The notes beneath the pieces were generated by a model. The model was given only the letters and a program-made list of their open reading frames with translations, searched no databases and was not told the origin of the DNA. This document shows, in pieces, positions 36,640 to 49,555 of a stretch of DNA of 64,000 nt. Positions within the stretch are counted from its first letter, which is position 1; each line of letters starts with the position of its first letter. This DNA is from Macrostomum lignano (Eukaryota): the NCBI GenBank assembly GCA_002269645.1, contig NIVC01000251.1:248001-312000 (forward strand), in the 5' to 3' direction. The position numbers were made by a program, and so were the translations under genes.

Positions 36640-36990
36640 CGCCTGCAGCGCTAATGAGTGGCTGCGACGCCAAAATGAGTGCCTGCGGCGCTAAAATGAG
36701 TGCCTGCGGCGCTAAAATGAGTGCCTGCGGCGCTAAAATGAGTGCCTGCGGCGCTAAAATGAGTGCCTACAGCGCTAATGAGTGGCTGCGACGCCAAAAT
36801 GAGTGCCTGCAGCGCTAATGAGTGGCTGCGACGCCAAAATGAGTGCCTGCAGCGCTAATGAGTGGCTGCGACGCCAAAATGAGTGCCTGCGGCGCTAAAA
36901 TGAGTGCCTGCAGCGCTAATGAGTGCCTGCGGCGCCAAAATGAGTGCCTGCGACGCCAAAATGACTGCCTGCGGCGCTAAAATGAGTGCT
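36640..36990. repeat. 19/21-bp minisatellite (GCGGCGCTAAAATGAGTGCCT)
   Basis: Direct periodicity. Confidence 0.93.
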
Positions 36991-37509
36991 GACACCACCG
37001 ATTCTGAAAATAATCGGTACATCATCGGTACATCACACGCTCAAACAGGATGTACATCGGTCTCAACTCTTTAAAATCTAACAGAATCCTGACCAATGCA
37101 AAGCATTAATTTACGCATTATAATCAATAGCAGAAATAATGTATGAGAAGCAAGCCATGCAGCAAAACTGGAAGCAAAGCGAAAGCACTGGGGCATGCCA
37201 ATAAAAAACACCCCCCCCCCAGCCGACACATTGCCGCTAAAAACTGACAGACGGAAGCAATCGCTCTGCACTGAAAGTGAAACAAAAGCTTTAGCTAACT
37301 GAGAGAAAATATGCAGGCGCCAAAGTGTTTAATTAGTTGATTTTCAGAGAAAAAACCCATAACCATTTTCCATTATGATTTTTTCACATTTCAGGCAAAA
37401 GCATCGTCAGCAGGCTCTAAATGGTTTTTATAACCGAGCTACTCAGAGTCAAGTATTTAGAATCTCAGTATAGAGACATAAATCATAGAGCAGGTCAGTA
37501 GTGAAACAC

Positions 37510-38165
37510 TAGACTGTCTCCTGGTGAGCGCCCCTGTCTCTTGGTGAGCGCCACTGTCTATTGGTGGGCGCCCCTGTCGCTTCGTGGGCGCCCATGTCTC
37601 TTGGTGGGCGCCCCTGTCTCTTGGTGGGCGCCACTGTCTCCTGGTGAGCGCCCCTGTCTCTTGGTGGGCGCCACTGTCTATTGACGCGCGCCCCTATCTC
37701 TTCGTGGGCACCCATGTCTCTTGGTGGGCGCCTCTGTCTCTTGGTGGGCGCCACTGTCTCTTGGTGGGCGCCACTGTCTCTTGGTGGGCGCCCCTGTCTC
37801 TTGGTGGGCGCCACTGTCTCTTGGTGGGCGCCACTGTCTCTTGGTGGGCGCCACTGTCTCTTCGTAGGCCCCTGTTTCTTAGTTGGCGCGCCTGTTTCTT
37901 AGTTGGCGCGCCTGTTTCTTAGTTGGCGCCCCTGTCTCTTGGTGGGCGCCACTGTCTATTGACGCGCGCCCCTATCTCTTCGTGGGCGCCCATGTCTCTT
38001 GGTGGGCGCCCCTGTCTCTTGGTGGGCGCCACTGTCTCTTCGTGAGCCCCCGTTTCTTAGTTGGCGCCCTTGTCTCTTGGTGGGCGCCATTGTCTCTTAA
38101 TAGGCACCCCTGTCTTTTGGTCTGCGCCCCTTTCTCTTGATGGGCGCTCCTGCCTCTTAGCGCCA
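37510..38165 (-). repeat. 20-bp GGCGCC-core minisatellite, reverse complement of the 16051-16420 family
   Basis: CTGTCTCTTGGTGGGCGCCC units; shares specific variants (CCAATAGAC, CTCACCAGG) with the 16-kb array. Confidence 0.93.
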
Positions 38166-39451
38166 TTGTGCGTACGTATCCACATACGGTGCGTGCCCAA
38201 GGTTCGTCGCTAACTGCGGATTGACTCCCTGTAACTAGACTAAACTTCCATGGATTCCCAAATCCGAAATTTGGAATTCAATTGTTCTATAGTAAATGAA
38301 CATAGAAGTTAAAAGTCACATGATAGACTGCTTGGGCCCTAGAGCCAACAAAAGTTGGGTTAAAAGTCAGTCAGTCAGTCCGTCAAAGCTGGTCTAGAAA
38401 ACAGTAGAAAAAAAGCTACTCGTATAATCTTATCAGTTCTAATGCTTCGTATGCAAACTTCCTTTTTACCCGTTAAGAAAATTTGAATGATCGTTTTTAC
38501 ACTAACACAGGGTTTAGTAAGCATTTTCTTACCTACGAGTGATTATACCAGACGTGCCTAAACATATATCTAATCAATGCTAGGTTTTTAAGCTGTGTAC
38601 CAACCAGTAAGTTGGTGAGTTAGTGAGTTAGTTAGTCAGTCAGTCAGTCAGTCAGCATCCCCTCCTAGTATAGTGCAATAAATGAGCTTAGGTGTTAAAA
38701 ATTAACATTAGGCAAAGCTCTCAGTCATATTGCCCAGTAATGACTTTTTTACGCGCCAACGTTCAAGCTTGCGACAGGGCCCTTAGCTGTGGCCTGGGGT
38801 TGGGGGGGTGCATCGGGGCATTATTAATGAGAAAGGAGAAACAAGGCGGCGGAGGAAACGGAAGGGTGGCAGCAGGTTAAGCGGACAGGCGAGTTAAGGT
38901 AAGAGCGGTGAAAACGACTGGAAAGGTCCTTCCGTGTTGGAGGGCGTGTTGTGCAAAATAAGGGGGAAAATATGGCACGCAACAAAAAAGAGGAGAAGAG
39001 GAAAACAAAGAGGGGCAAGGCGCGCTGATTGTCGAGGGTGAGCTGCAAAAAAGCTTTGGAGTGGCTGGGATTGTAAAAAATAAAAGGGGAGGCGAGATAG
39101 GGAGGGAGAGAGTGGCGACTGAATGGGTGAGAGAAATGGCCGGCATTGGAAGAAAGACGCGATGATGAAAATCACCAACGGAACCAGAAAGCAAATGGAT
39201 TTTGCTGGGATCGTGGAATACATAAGCAAAGTGACGGGGCAGCGAGCAGCAGTTGGTCTGCGGCAAGCCAGCCAATGAGAGATAGAGAATTAGAAGCCAA
39301 GCAATGCGTGTTTGGGTAGGTGGAGGCCGCCTGATAAAACTGCAGGTCAAGACGACAAACTGTTAGGAACTATTAGATTTTTAAAAATCTAGGAATACCT
39401 TTTACCTGCATTAATTTTTTAGCAAAAGGTCATGCGTGATTAAGAAAAATC

Positions 39452-42023
39452 ATGTTACAAAATTGTATAACTCTGATTTCAACACTATGGCCGATTTTAC
39501 TAGCAGTTAGCCAAGACAGTCAACCAACAGTGACTTTCTACACCAAAGAAGAGATTCCTATTGGCAACGAAATTGGCAATTTAAAGACGCGATTCAGCTA
39601 CCCAGATGGCAGCCAATTCAACATGCTGTTCCCGGATTCAGAGATCAGACGTCTGTTCCGACTGGACAGTCGCACAGGAGCCTTGAGCACCATCGCTAGG
39701 TTAGATCGCGAAGTGCTTTGCCCGAACAAACCGCTGGAGTGCCTGCGCACATTTAATGTCGAGGTGAAACGAGGCGGCACAGGTCAAGAAGAGGTCATCG
39801 TCATTCGCCTCATAATTAACGATGTAAACGACCAGCGACCAAAGTTCGAGGCTAAGCATAAAAAGTTTCGCATTAGCATACCGGAATCCGATAATCCGCC
39901 TAGCTACTACTCGCTACCAACTGCAGAAGATGGCGATTCGGATAGATACGACCATGTCAAATACGATTTAAAAATGATTGGCGACGCAGGGATGCACTTC
40001 AAATTGTTTTTAGAAGAGCGCGGTAGCAAGAGAGTGCCAAAACTCGAGCTAACTAAAGCTCTGGATAGAGAAACTAAAGACAATTATGAGCTTCAACTAT
40101 TAGTTAGCGACGAACAGCATCAGCAAGATCAAGATAGCGCCGACATTCAAATAGAAGTTTTAGACGCTAACGATAATAAGCCACAATGGCGTCTAGCAAA
40201 GCAGTCGATAACAATATCCGAGTGCGACAGATTGCACCGACCTTTGCTAAAACTAAACGCAACAGACGAGGACTTGAACGAAAGAATCACGTACAGCATT
40301 GGCAAAGCGGCTGGCAAAGACGTGGCTAAGTCGTTTTACATTAGCGGAGACAAACTGAAACAGAATCAGTCACTTGACTATGAAAAAATACGCAAAAAGG
40401 TGTTATACATACCTCTAGTTGCGGAGGATAGAGGCGGCTCGACTGTTGAAACCTACGTTGAATTACGCGTCACCGATTGCAACGATCACTACCCAAACAT
40501 AACGGTGGAGATGATTGAGGACAAAATTTTGGAAAACGACGAAACAGAAAAGGTGCTAGCGCGAATTCTAGTAGTAGACGAAGATGAAGGAAACAACGGC
40601 ACGGTTGACTGCGTAATTGGCGTCCCTAACAAGCGGAAATTCCAACTGACTAATAGAATAACAGACGGCCAATACAAAACAATTTACAAGCTAAAGAAAT
40701 TGGCTCACGTTTCCTTCGACAGAGAGGCAACATCGGGCGGAGACGTTAGAGTCGACATAATCTGCACGGACAAGGGCGACAGTCCACGAGTCGGTCGTAA
40801 GGAAGTCAAAATAATGATACTAGACGAAAACGACAATGCACCAAGAATAGAATCCAAGCTTTACACGTTTCGTATTCATGAGAACAGTCCGCCAAATACG
40901 CTAGTTGGCCGAGTGACGGCCAGAGATGACGATATTGACGAGAATGCGCGGCTAAAGTTTAGCCTACACGGCGACGGATCGAGAAACTTTGTAATCCGCA
41001 ATCAGGGCAACAACATGGCGGAAATCTACTCAGCTGTCAGCTTTGATAGAGAGCAGATCGATCACTACAGATTCACAGTCACTGTAGCGGATAGCGGACT
41101 CAAAGAGCAGAGAACTTCAACAGCTACCGTAGAGGTGACCATTGTCGATGAAGACGATTCAGTGCCGACATTTCAGTTTCGCGAATACATGTTCAGAATA
41201 GAAGAAGACTACGGAAGAAACCTATCGAAGCGCTACATTGGCGAGGTGAAAGCAACAGACGCCGATATTGGCGCTAATCAAATGATCTGGTATGAAGTAA
41301 ACCGGCAGTACCAAGCCAGCCTAGCAGACGTTGGCATATCTGGTATGTATTTCTACTTTAATGGAAGCCACCTGTACGGCGAGGGCAATTTCGATCGCGA
41401 GAAGCAGGAGATAATCAACCTGGAGATATTCGCTAGAAATCGCGGCCCAGCAAAGCACAAAGGCTCGGCCAGGGTTACTATTACACTGAACGACGTCAAC
41501 GACAATGCGCCGAGTATTCAAGGCCTGCAAAAGGTGTACAATCTATCGGAGAACAGTCCAGCTGGCACGCCTGTCTTGCAAGTGAGCGGCACAGACCTGG
41601 ACGCTGGAGAGAACGGCACGCTCACCTACATACTAGACGAAACCGAAGCCAACCGTTTCACAATAGACGGCAAACACGGCATAGTCACTCTGAGCGGCAG
41701 TCTAAAAAACAACCAACCAGAAGACGGCTTTCAATCGCAGACCTACCGGCTAGGCATTGGCGTTTGCGATAACGGCAATCCACCGCTGCATAGCATCAAG
41801 TACACAACGTTTGTACATGTCAGCTCCGGCCAGGCGTCTGAGCACGGTCGCCGGGTCAATCAAGCGACAAAGCCGGGTAATCGAGCCGGCGGTGGCGGAG
41901 GACAACGAGGAGTTGAAATTTTGAAAACGGACCAGAATCTGCTCATTCTACTCTGCTTGGCCGCCGTAGTCTTCGTTGTCTTTGTTGCGCTGTTAGTGCT
42001 TCTACTATACGTTCACGCCAGAG
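39452..42023 (+). CDS. Protocadherin (7 cadherin repeats, delta-1-like architecture), exon 1: signal peptide, ectodomain, TM
   Basis: Repeated PE / (L/F)DRE / DxNDNxP motifs; EC1 DREVLCPNKPLEC cysteine pair typical of protocadherins; TM LLILLCLAAVVFVVFVALLVLLLY; donor 42023|gtgagt (phase 1). Confidence 0.93.
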
Positions 42024-42100
42024 GTGAGTAAAAAACACTCAATAATTTGCACAAAAGGAACACAGATACAAAAATTATTCTTCCATTTCATTTTCAATAG

Positions 42101-42168
42101 GCCGACGCACAGCAAGAAATCGGACCCGACATCCAGGAGTTTGGTACGACAAAGCCAACGGCGACACG
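42101..42168 (+). CDS. Protocadherin 68-nt juxtamembrane exon 2
   Basis: Acceptor atttcattttcaatag|42101, donor 42168|gtgagt. Converts phase 1 to phase 0; encodes (G)RRTARNRTRHPGVWYDKANGDT. Confidence 0.85.
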
Positions 42169-42286
42169 GTGAGTAGAGTAATCACTGTTTTACACCTTTG
42201 CAAGTAGTTTAGTGGATACCATTTACAAACGAAACAAACATATCGGTCAGTACCAGTACAGCAGGATACCGTGCGCCCACATACAT

Positions 42287-42442
42287 GCGCAACCTTGGGA
42301 ATCACCTGGCCGTTTCTATTGGCAACACACTCATGTAAGTCGCTATTGGCTGAGAGCAGTCACGTGACTACTATTCTGTCCAATAGCGAGTTACATGTGT
42401 GCGTTGCCAATAGAAACGGCCGGGTGAATCCCTAGGTTGCGC
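42287..42442. mobile_element. 156-bp imperfect palindrome (MITE-like) in protocadherin intron 2
   Basis: Arms GGCCGTTTCTATTGGCAAC / GTTGCCAATAGAAACGGCC and TCGCTATTGG / CCAATAGCGA, centred on GTCACGTGAC. Confidence 0.75.
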
Positions 42443-42751
42443 CGAAGCATGTGCGCCCATATCTTAACAGCAATCAGTGCCAGCTATTAAATGTCCTCGT
42501 TGGAGTCAAATATTCAGTAATCAACCATCGGAAGTTCCGACTATTCATAGTAAAGCATGTTAGCAGCCAGACCTGTTTGTCGCCTACTTAAGCACCTCGG
42601 AGAATAAATATATGGTAAATAAATATACCATAGACAAAACATTTTGTTAAAGTTTCCTTTTATGTTTCGTGTATTCCTGCTTTGGTTTACATTTCGTAGC
42701 GCATCTTCATGGAAATCTCTTATTTCATAAGAATATATAAAAAATCCGCAG

Positions 42752-43348
42752 GTTGAAGAACAGCCAAGCGAGGTTGCTACGGAAACCGGCCTAGGATTTT
42801 ATCGCTTCGCCGACAACCCAAACAATCCAAACGGCACCGGTGCTTCACCGCTGTCAGCCGCTGGCAACGCTCTCGGTTCAATAGTGCGCAACAAGTATCC
42901 TAGTTTTGGCTATCTGTCTTCCATTGACAAGCAGCGCGGCGGATTAAGCGTAGGCGCTTACAATGGACAACATGGCGCTATGGATCAGCAGCAGCAACAA
43001 CAAGCCAAGACCTATTACGAGACCTACGGCAGGGGCTCCGATAGGCTGCCGAGAAAAGCTACAGCGTTTCAACAGACAGCCGCAGCAGCCGCCGCTGCAG
43101 GCACTTCATCAACCTCTCAAACTGGTCGTCAGACAATAGAAAACAAAGAGTACAGCAATTTAATTGGTCGAGTTGAAGAGAATCGCTACGCGGATCATCA
43201 GCGCTATCAGCAGCAGCATCAGCATCCCGGATACGCTATGCTAGCCGAAACGCCAGCCTCATTAGCAGCTGCGGGTGCATCGACTGCGGCGAAACCAGCT
43301 GACACGGTGGTATGCCGGACACCCTACATGACTTCCAGTTTTGTTTAA
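42752..43348 (+). CDS. Protocadherin exon 3: cytoplasmic tail ending in the class I PDZ-ligand-like sequence SSFV
   Basis: Acceptor aatccgcag|42752, phase 0 and in frame with ORF 42884..43348. Spliced CDS is 2572+68+597 = 3237 nt (1078 aa). Confidence 0.87.
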   Translation, partial: VEEQPSEVATETGLGFYRFADNPNNPNGTGASPLSAAGNALGSIVRNKYPSFGYLSSIDKQRGGLSVGAYNGQHGAMDQQQQQQAKTYYETYGRGSDRLPRKATAFQQTAAAAAAAGTSSTSQTGRQTIENKEYSNLIGRVEENRYADHQRYQQQHQHPGYAMLAETPASLAAAGASTAAKPADTVVCRTPYMTSSFV

Positions 43349-44279
43349 GAGCACAAATTCGACTGCTAGGTCATGTTTTGGGGAGTAAAAGGAATCGGAT
43401 GTTCTGATGAAATTTCTATGACAAAACTTCATTCAACATGGCGCCCATTTTTATTTATATAACGATTCCAATGAAACCGTTCAATTTTCTAATTTATCCA
43501 TCTAATTAATAAACTTTTAGTTCAACGCTTCTGTTCTTTCATTGGAATTGTTTTCATTAGTATTTTTACGATTATGCATATTAAACCACAACTAAGCTGT
43601 AGTTAATTGTAGTCAATTGTACACATTATTAATAAATAAGCTACAAGCCTGTCGAGTATGATTCTTAACCATTTCAACAAAAGTAAACTGTATATATACA
43701 GTGTTTTGCATTAATAAGTATCAAATTTTGTGACTATAAAATGCATGTAGTACGTTTTTCTTATTCATTTTATAACCTTAGGTTTACGCTTTATTTGCTA
43801 CCTCGTACACAATTGTGCTGGCAGGTCAGCGAAATGGACAAAACTATTTTCTAATTAAAGGCCAATTGACAATGAAACGACTATATTGGATTCAAGTAAG
43901 CCATTCTACTCGTAAGGTGTCAAATTAATTGGTAGCACACAGTCAGACACACACAAGGAATAATATTACAATCAAGATAATAATTACCTTTCACATTCGC
44001 GAATTTATTCTTGTTGGGCAGTGGGCAGCTTTAATGAAAGAAAAACTGATGAAGGAACATATTTACTACGGTTCGATTCACACACATTGCGCCAGACACG
44101 CAATGAGCTAAACACGAGTAGACTAGAGACGTAGGGTTGAAATCACCAGTAGTTACCGCAATAAACCATTTAAGCAGAGACCAGGGAGAGGACAACTTCG
44201 ATTTAGATTTGGTCAAGGCCAAGGTTCAAAGTAGATTAACTGAGAATTTTATACTCTAATACGTATCGATAGGCCATAG

Positions 44280-45490
44280 TCGCGTCTAAATCCCCTACGA
44301 AACCGTGTCTAAATCCTCCATAAAAATCGTTTCTAAACCCTCCATAAAACCGTGTCTAAATCCCCCATAAAGTCGTTTCTAAATCCCCCATAAAGTTGTG
44401 TCTAAATCCCCCATAAAGTTGTCTAAATCCTCCCATAAAACCGTGTCTAAATCCCCCCATAAAACCGTCTAAATCCCCCATAAAATCGTGTCTAAATCCC
44501 CCCATAAAACCGTGTCTAAATCCCCCATAAAGTCGTGTCTAAATCCCCCATAAAGTCGTGTCTAAATCCCCCATAAAGTTGTGTCTAAATCCCCCATAAA
44601 ACCGTGTCTAAATCCCTTCATTCGGTGTGTTTAACTCCCCCCATAAAGTCGTGTCTAAATCCCCCATAAAGTTGTGTCTAAATCCCCCATAAAGTTGTGT
44701 CTAAATCCTCCCATAAAACCGTGTCTAAATCCCCCATAAAGTTGTGTCTAAATCCTCCCATAAAACCGTGTCTAAATCCCCAATAAAGTCGTGTCTAAAT
44801 CCCCCATAAAGTTTTGTCTAAATCCCCCATAAAGTCGTGTCTAAATCCCCCATAAAGTTGTGTCTAAATCCTCCCATAAAACCGTGTCTAAATCCCCCAT
44901 AAAACCGTGTCTAAATCCCCCATAAAGTTGTGTCTAAATCCCCCATAAAGTCGTGTCTAAATCCCCATAAAGTCGTGTCTAAATCCCCCATAAAGTCGTG
45001 TCTAAATCCCCCATAAATTCGTGTCTAAATCCCCCATAAAGTTGTGTCTAAATCCCCCATAAAGTCGTGTCTAAATCCCCCATAAAGTCGTGTCTAAATC
45101 CCCCATAAAGTCGTTTCTAAATCCCCCATAAAGTCGTGTCTAAATCCCCCCTAAAGTTGTGTCTAAATTCCCATAAAGTTGTGTCTAAATCCCCTATAAA
45201 GTCGTGTATAAATCCCCCATAAAGTCGTGTCTAAATCCCCCATAAAGTCGTTTCTAAATCCCCCATAAAGTTGTGTCTAAATCCCCCATAAAGTCGTTTC
45301 TAAATCCCCCATAAAGTTGTGTCTAAATCCCCCATAAAGTCGTGTCTAAGTCCCCCATAAAGTCGTGTCTAAATCCCCCATAAAGTTGTGTCTTAATCCC
45401 CCATAAAGTTGTGTCTAAATCCTCCCATAAAACCGTGTCTAAATCCCTTCATTCAGTGTGCTTAAACCCCCATACAGTCGTGTCTAAAAC
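44280..45490. repeat. 23-25-bp minisatellite (TCTAAATCCCCCATAAAGTCGTG), about 50 copies
   Basis: 23-bp period at 45001 and 45024. Confidence 0.96.
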
Positions 45491-47065
45491 ACGCTAGAGC
45501 CGTATCTAACTAATTGGACACTATATTCGTGTCTGCAAGACATGAATTTTTTTAACGAAAAGTCTACTCAAAATTTCACGAAGCTGACTTTTTTATAAAA
45601 GCATCTGGCAAGTGGCGGTGGTTTTTTTTCCGTGAACCACGCGCGCGACGTCAGGAAAGTCATCGAGCTCAAGTGGAATTCCCAAGTTAATCTTAGCTAG
45701 AAACCTCCGGTTGAGTCACACACGAGAATTCGAGAAGCGGGAGAAGGGTGTGGAGGAGAAGAGGGGTGGCTACTGTTCAAAGTGGCTGGCTCGGCTCGAT
45801 AGAGTGACCAGAAAGGTGCCGAAAAAAATTCCTTTCTATCAAAAGATTTTCGCTGTATAGAAAAATTTCTACAAGGAATCGAGATCGACTTAAGCACCTC
45901 CTCCCATTTTAATATGATGGATGCAAATAAACCCCCACAACTAGCTCAAGTCTACTTAAACTTCTCACTTCCCTCCTAGCAATGAGAGTACAGACCGGAT
46001 GTGACATTCAACACTTCATTACTGAGCACTGAAACGCCCGGGGCCAAGGCCATCTGGCATGCATTATATATGTAGAAATAATATTATAAAACATACTTAA
46101 TTCCCTTGGCGGAATCTTTAAAAAACCGAGACGAACGGCACAGCTTAGGCAGACGAAGGGGAGAGGAGAGGAGAGAGCCAGTGACGGAGAAATCAAAGGA
46201 CTGCCATCCATAATAAAAAATAAAATACTGAATTGCAGGCAGGGTCAACTACAATATTACTAATTGTCCTCAATGATCTATCTGAAGAACGAATATATAA
46301 AATCTCAAAATGATGTATTTCAATTTTTAATAGATGTCATCCGACATATGTCCACAAAAAATCATATTCTTCACAACATCACCCACAACATGACATCCTC
46401 CAGACTTCACATCACACCTCCAACACCCACACTCCTCCAACACCACATCCTCCAAATTTCACATCCTCCAAACGTCACATCGCCCAAACCTCACATCTGC
46501 CAAGGTCCAAACTTCACATTCCCTCACTTATCAAGCCCAATTTTCCCTATCTAAAACCAGGTTTCCAAACCAGAATCTGCCCGATTGCCAGTAGTCCTTG
46601 TCTTATTTTTTATTCTATTTGTCTTTGATTTTTATTTTTTTAAAACCACTCCAAATTCAGTCAATCTGGCACCTATTTTATTCAAATAATATATCAACGC
46701 ATATGTGCTGATAAGGGTGCTAGCTGAAACTTGAAATCGGCTGAGAGCAGATTATCTGGAAATATTTACGACCCTCTAAAGAGACAGTTCCTACCCCAGG
46801 CGATTTTTCTTTAAGTGTTGCGGAAAAAACCTCCGAAGAAAAGCGCCAGTCGGTAAGAATCAAACAATGACGGGATTGAGACATTGGGAAGGGGGAAGGC
46901 AGGAGTGTCAGAGGATTACGGGCGCTAGGACGCAAATAAATCCGGGTGAAGATCAAAAAATCGCGCCGAAAAAAGAATCCGAAAAATCAAGGAGACCTAG
47001 ACATGAACAACTAGAGTAGTAAAAGGACTACGCTCAAGACTTCCAATTTTAATCCACCAGAATTT

Positions 47066-48095
47066 GTCTATGGCCGAACCCTATCAAGCGCTGGGGTTTG
47101 GAAAGGGAACTTGTCTTGGAATTTGTCTATGGCCAAACCCCATCCAGTGCATGGGTTTGGATGGGGAACTTGTCTTGGAATTTGTCTATGGCTAAACCCC
47201 ATCTAGTGCTGGGGTTTGGAAAGGGAACTTGTCTTGGAATTTGTCTATGGCCAAATCCCATCCAGTGCTGCGGTTTGGATGGAAAACTTGTCTTAGAATT
47301 TGTCTATGGCCAAATCCCATCCAGTGCATGGGTTTGGATGGGGAACTTGTCTTGGAATTTGTCTTTGGCTAAACCCCCATCCAGTGCATGGGTTTGGATG
47401 GGGAACTTGTCTTGGAATTTGTATATGGCCAAACCCCCATCCAGTGCTGCGGTTTGGATGGGGAACTTGTCTTGGAATTTGTCTCTGGCTAAACCCCCAT
47501 CCAGTGCTGCGGTTTGGATGGGGAACTTGTCTTGGAATTTGTCTATGGCCAAACCCCCATCCAGTGCTGCGGTTTGGATGGGGAACTTGTCTTGGAATTT
47601 GTCTCTGGCTAAACCCCCATCCAGTGCATGGGTTTGGATGGGGAACTTGTCTTGGAATTTGTCTATGGCCAAACCCCATCCAGTGCATGGGTTTGGATGG
47701 GGAACTTGTCTTGGAATTTGTCTATGGCTAAACCCCCATCCAGTGCATGGGTTTGGATGGGGAACTTGTCTTGGAATTTGTCTATGGCCAAACCCCATCC
47801 AGTGCATGGGTTTGGATTGAAAACTTGTCTTGGAATTTGTCTATGGCCAAATCCCATCCAGTGCATGGGTTTGGATGGGGAACTTGTCTTGGAATTTGTC
47901 TATGACCAAATCCAATCCAGTGCATGGGTTTGGATGGGGAACTTGTCTTGGAATTTGTCTATGGCCAAACCCCATCCAGTGCATGGGTTTGGATTGAAAA
48001 CTTGTCTTGGAATTTGTCTATGGCCAAATCCCATCCAGAGCTGGAGTTTGGATTGAAAACTTGTCTTGGAATTTGTCTATGGCCAAACCCCATGC
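47066..48095. repeat. 59-60-bp satellite, about 17 copies, with internal inverted repeats
   Basis: Unit AACTTGTCTTGGAATTTGTCTATGGCCAAACCCCATCCAGTGCATGGGTTTGGATGGGG. Confidence 0.96.
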
Positions 48096-49179
48096 ACCAG
48101 TGATACCTTTGTTTCTAAGAAAATCAACTTTAGCGTCTTTATTTTTCTGTTTTCCATGAAACCAGAAATAAGAATTTAGTGCAATCCCGAGTCAGTCATA
48201 TCGGCATCATAAAAAACAAATATATTACACAGGGACACGGGCACACGCGCACACAAGCCCCATACGAATGTGTGGCCGCTGTCAATCCAGACTGTACGAT
48301 TCTAGATTGGATCTCCTTGGTCACTAAAGCATACCGGTGCTTAATCTGGGCACCTCGAGGGGACAGATTATTTCTACAATTGTTTTTTGGCTTTCTTTTA
48401 TAAGCTCAGAATCCCCAGCAAACACACAGCAGCCGCAAAGCCAGACGGGATTAGCAAAACGAAAGAAAATCAAGGAATAAAACAACTGCAACATGATGGG
48501 ATGGGAGGCCAGACACCAAATACAACCGGCCTCATAACTGAGGATTTGCCGCGGGGGGGGGGGGTCGTCAGTGAGCCAAAAACTGGACAAAATTGATTGG
48601 GAATTGTTAATCCCGCGAATCTTTGCGCGACATTCTCCTCCCCGCCTTACATCCCACAATGCCCCACTTTTTCCTACTCATCAGATGGGTGGGAGGCGGG
48701 CGACAGAGGGAAAAGCCAAGAGACACTGTGTCGCCATCCAGTCTCCCTGTTTTCGTCATCACGAAATGCAGAGAGCGCCCGCCATCTCCAAGCACGACTG
48801 AGCTGTAGAAACTGATGTGGAACAAGCAGAGAGACAGTTAGTTGCTAAGCCGGACTAGGGGAAGAGCTCGCGAAAAAATCCCCAATCTAATCTTATTAAT
48901 AAGCTCCCAATACCAATAATCTTGTAGGGACAGGGGGCAGAATTTCAATCAATGTAATTCTGTCTTTTTTCTTCAAGTTAGTCAAATTTCAGGAATTTGA
49001 GATGAAATCTCGGCAGGTCAGAACCGAGACGGCAAAACGGGGACTGAAAAAATTACTGACTGGGGAGAATGACGGCGAGGGAACAGATAATGAATACAGC
49101 TCATAAAATTTTGAGAATCCATAGAGAAAGTAAAAAGGTCGTAGAGAAGCGAAAAGAGGTCAAAGAGAAAATGGAAATA

Positions 49180-49555
49180 GATGTCATAGAGACATGATGA
49201 AGGTCATAGAAGTGGTTAAGAGGTCAAAGAGACGGGAGAAGGGTCATAGAAGCGGTTGAGAGGTCATACAGATGAGAGAGAGATCATGGAGACGAGATAA
49301 AGGTTGTAGAAGTGGGTGAGAGGTCATAGAGATGGGAGAGAGATCATAGAGACGGGAGAGAGGTCAAAGAAGCGGCTGAGAGGTCATACAGACGGGAGAG
49401 AGATCATAGAGACGGGAGAAAGGTCATAGAAGTGGTTGAGAGGTCAAAGAAGTTGTTGAGAGGTCATACAGACGGGAGAGAGATCATAGAGACGGGAGAA
49501 AGGTCATAGAAGTGGTTGAGAGGTCATAGAGACGGGAATGAGAAGTCATAGAGGA
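49180..49555. repeat. About 20-bp purine-rich minisatellite (GAGGTCATAGAGACGGGAGA)
   Basis: Recurring GTCATAGA core. Confidence 0.85.
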
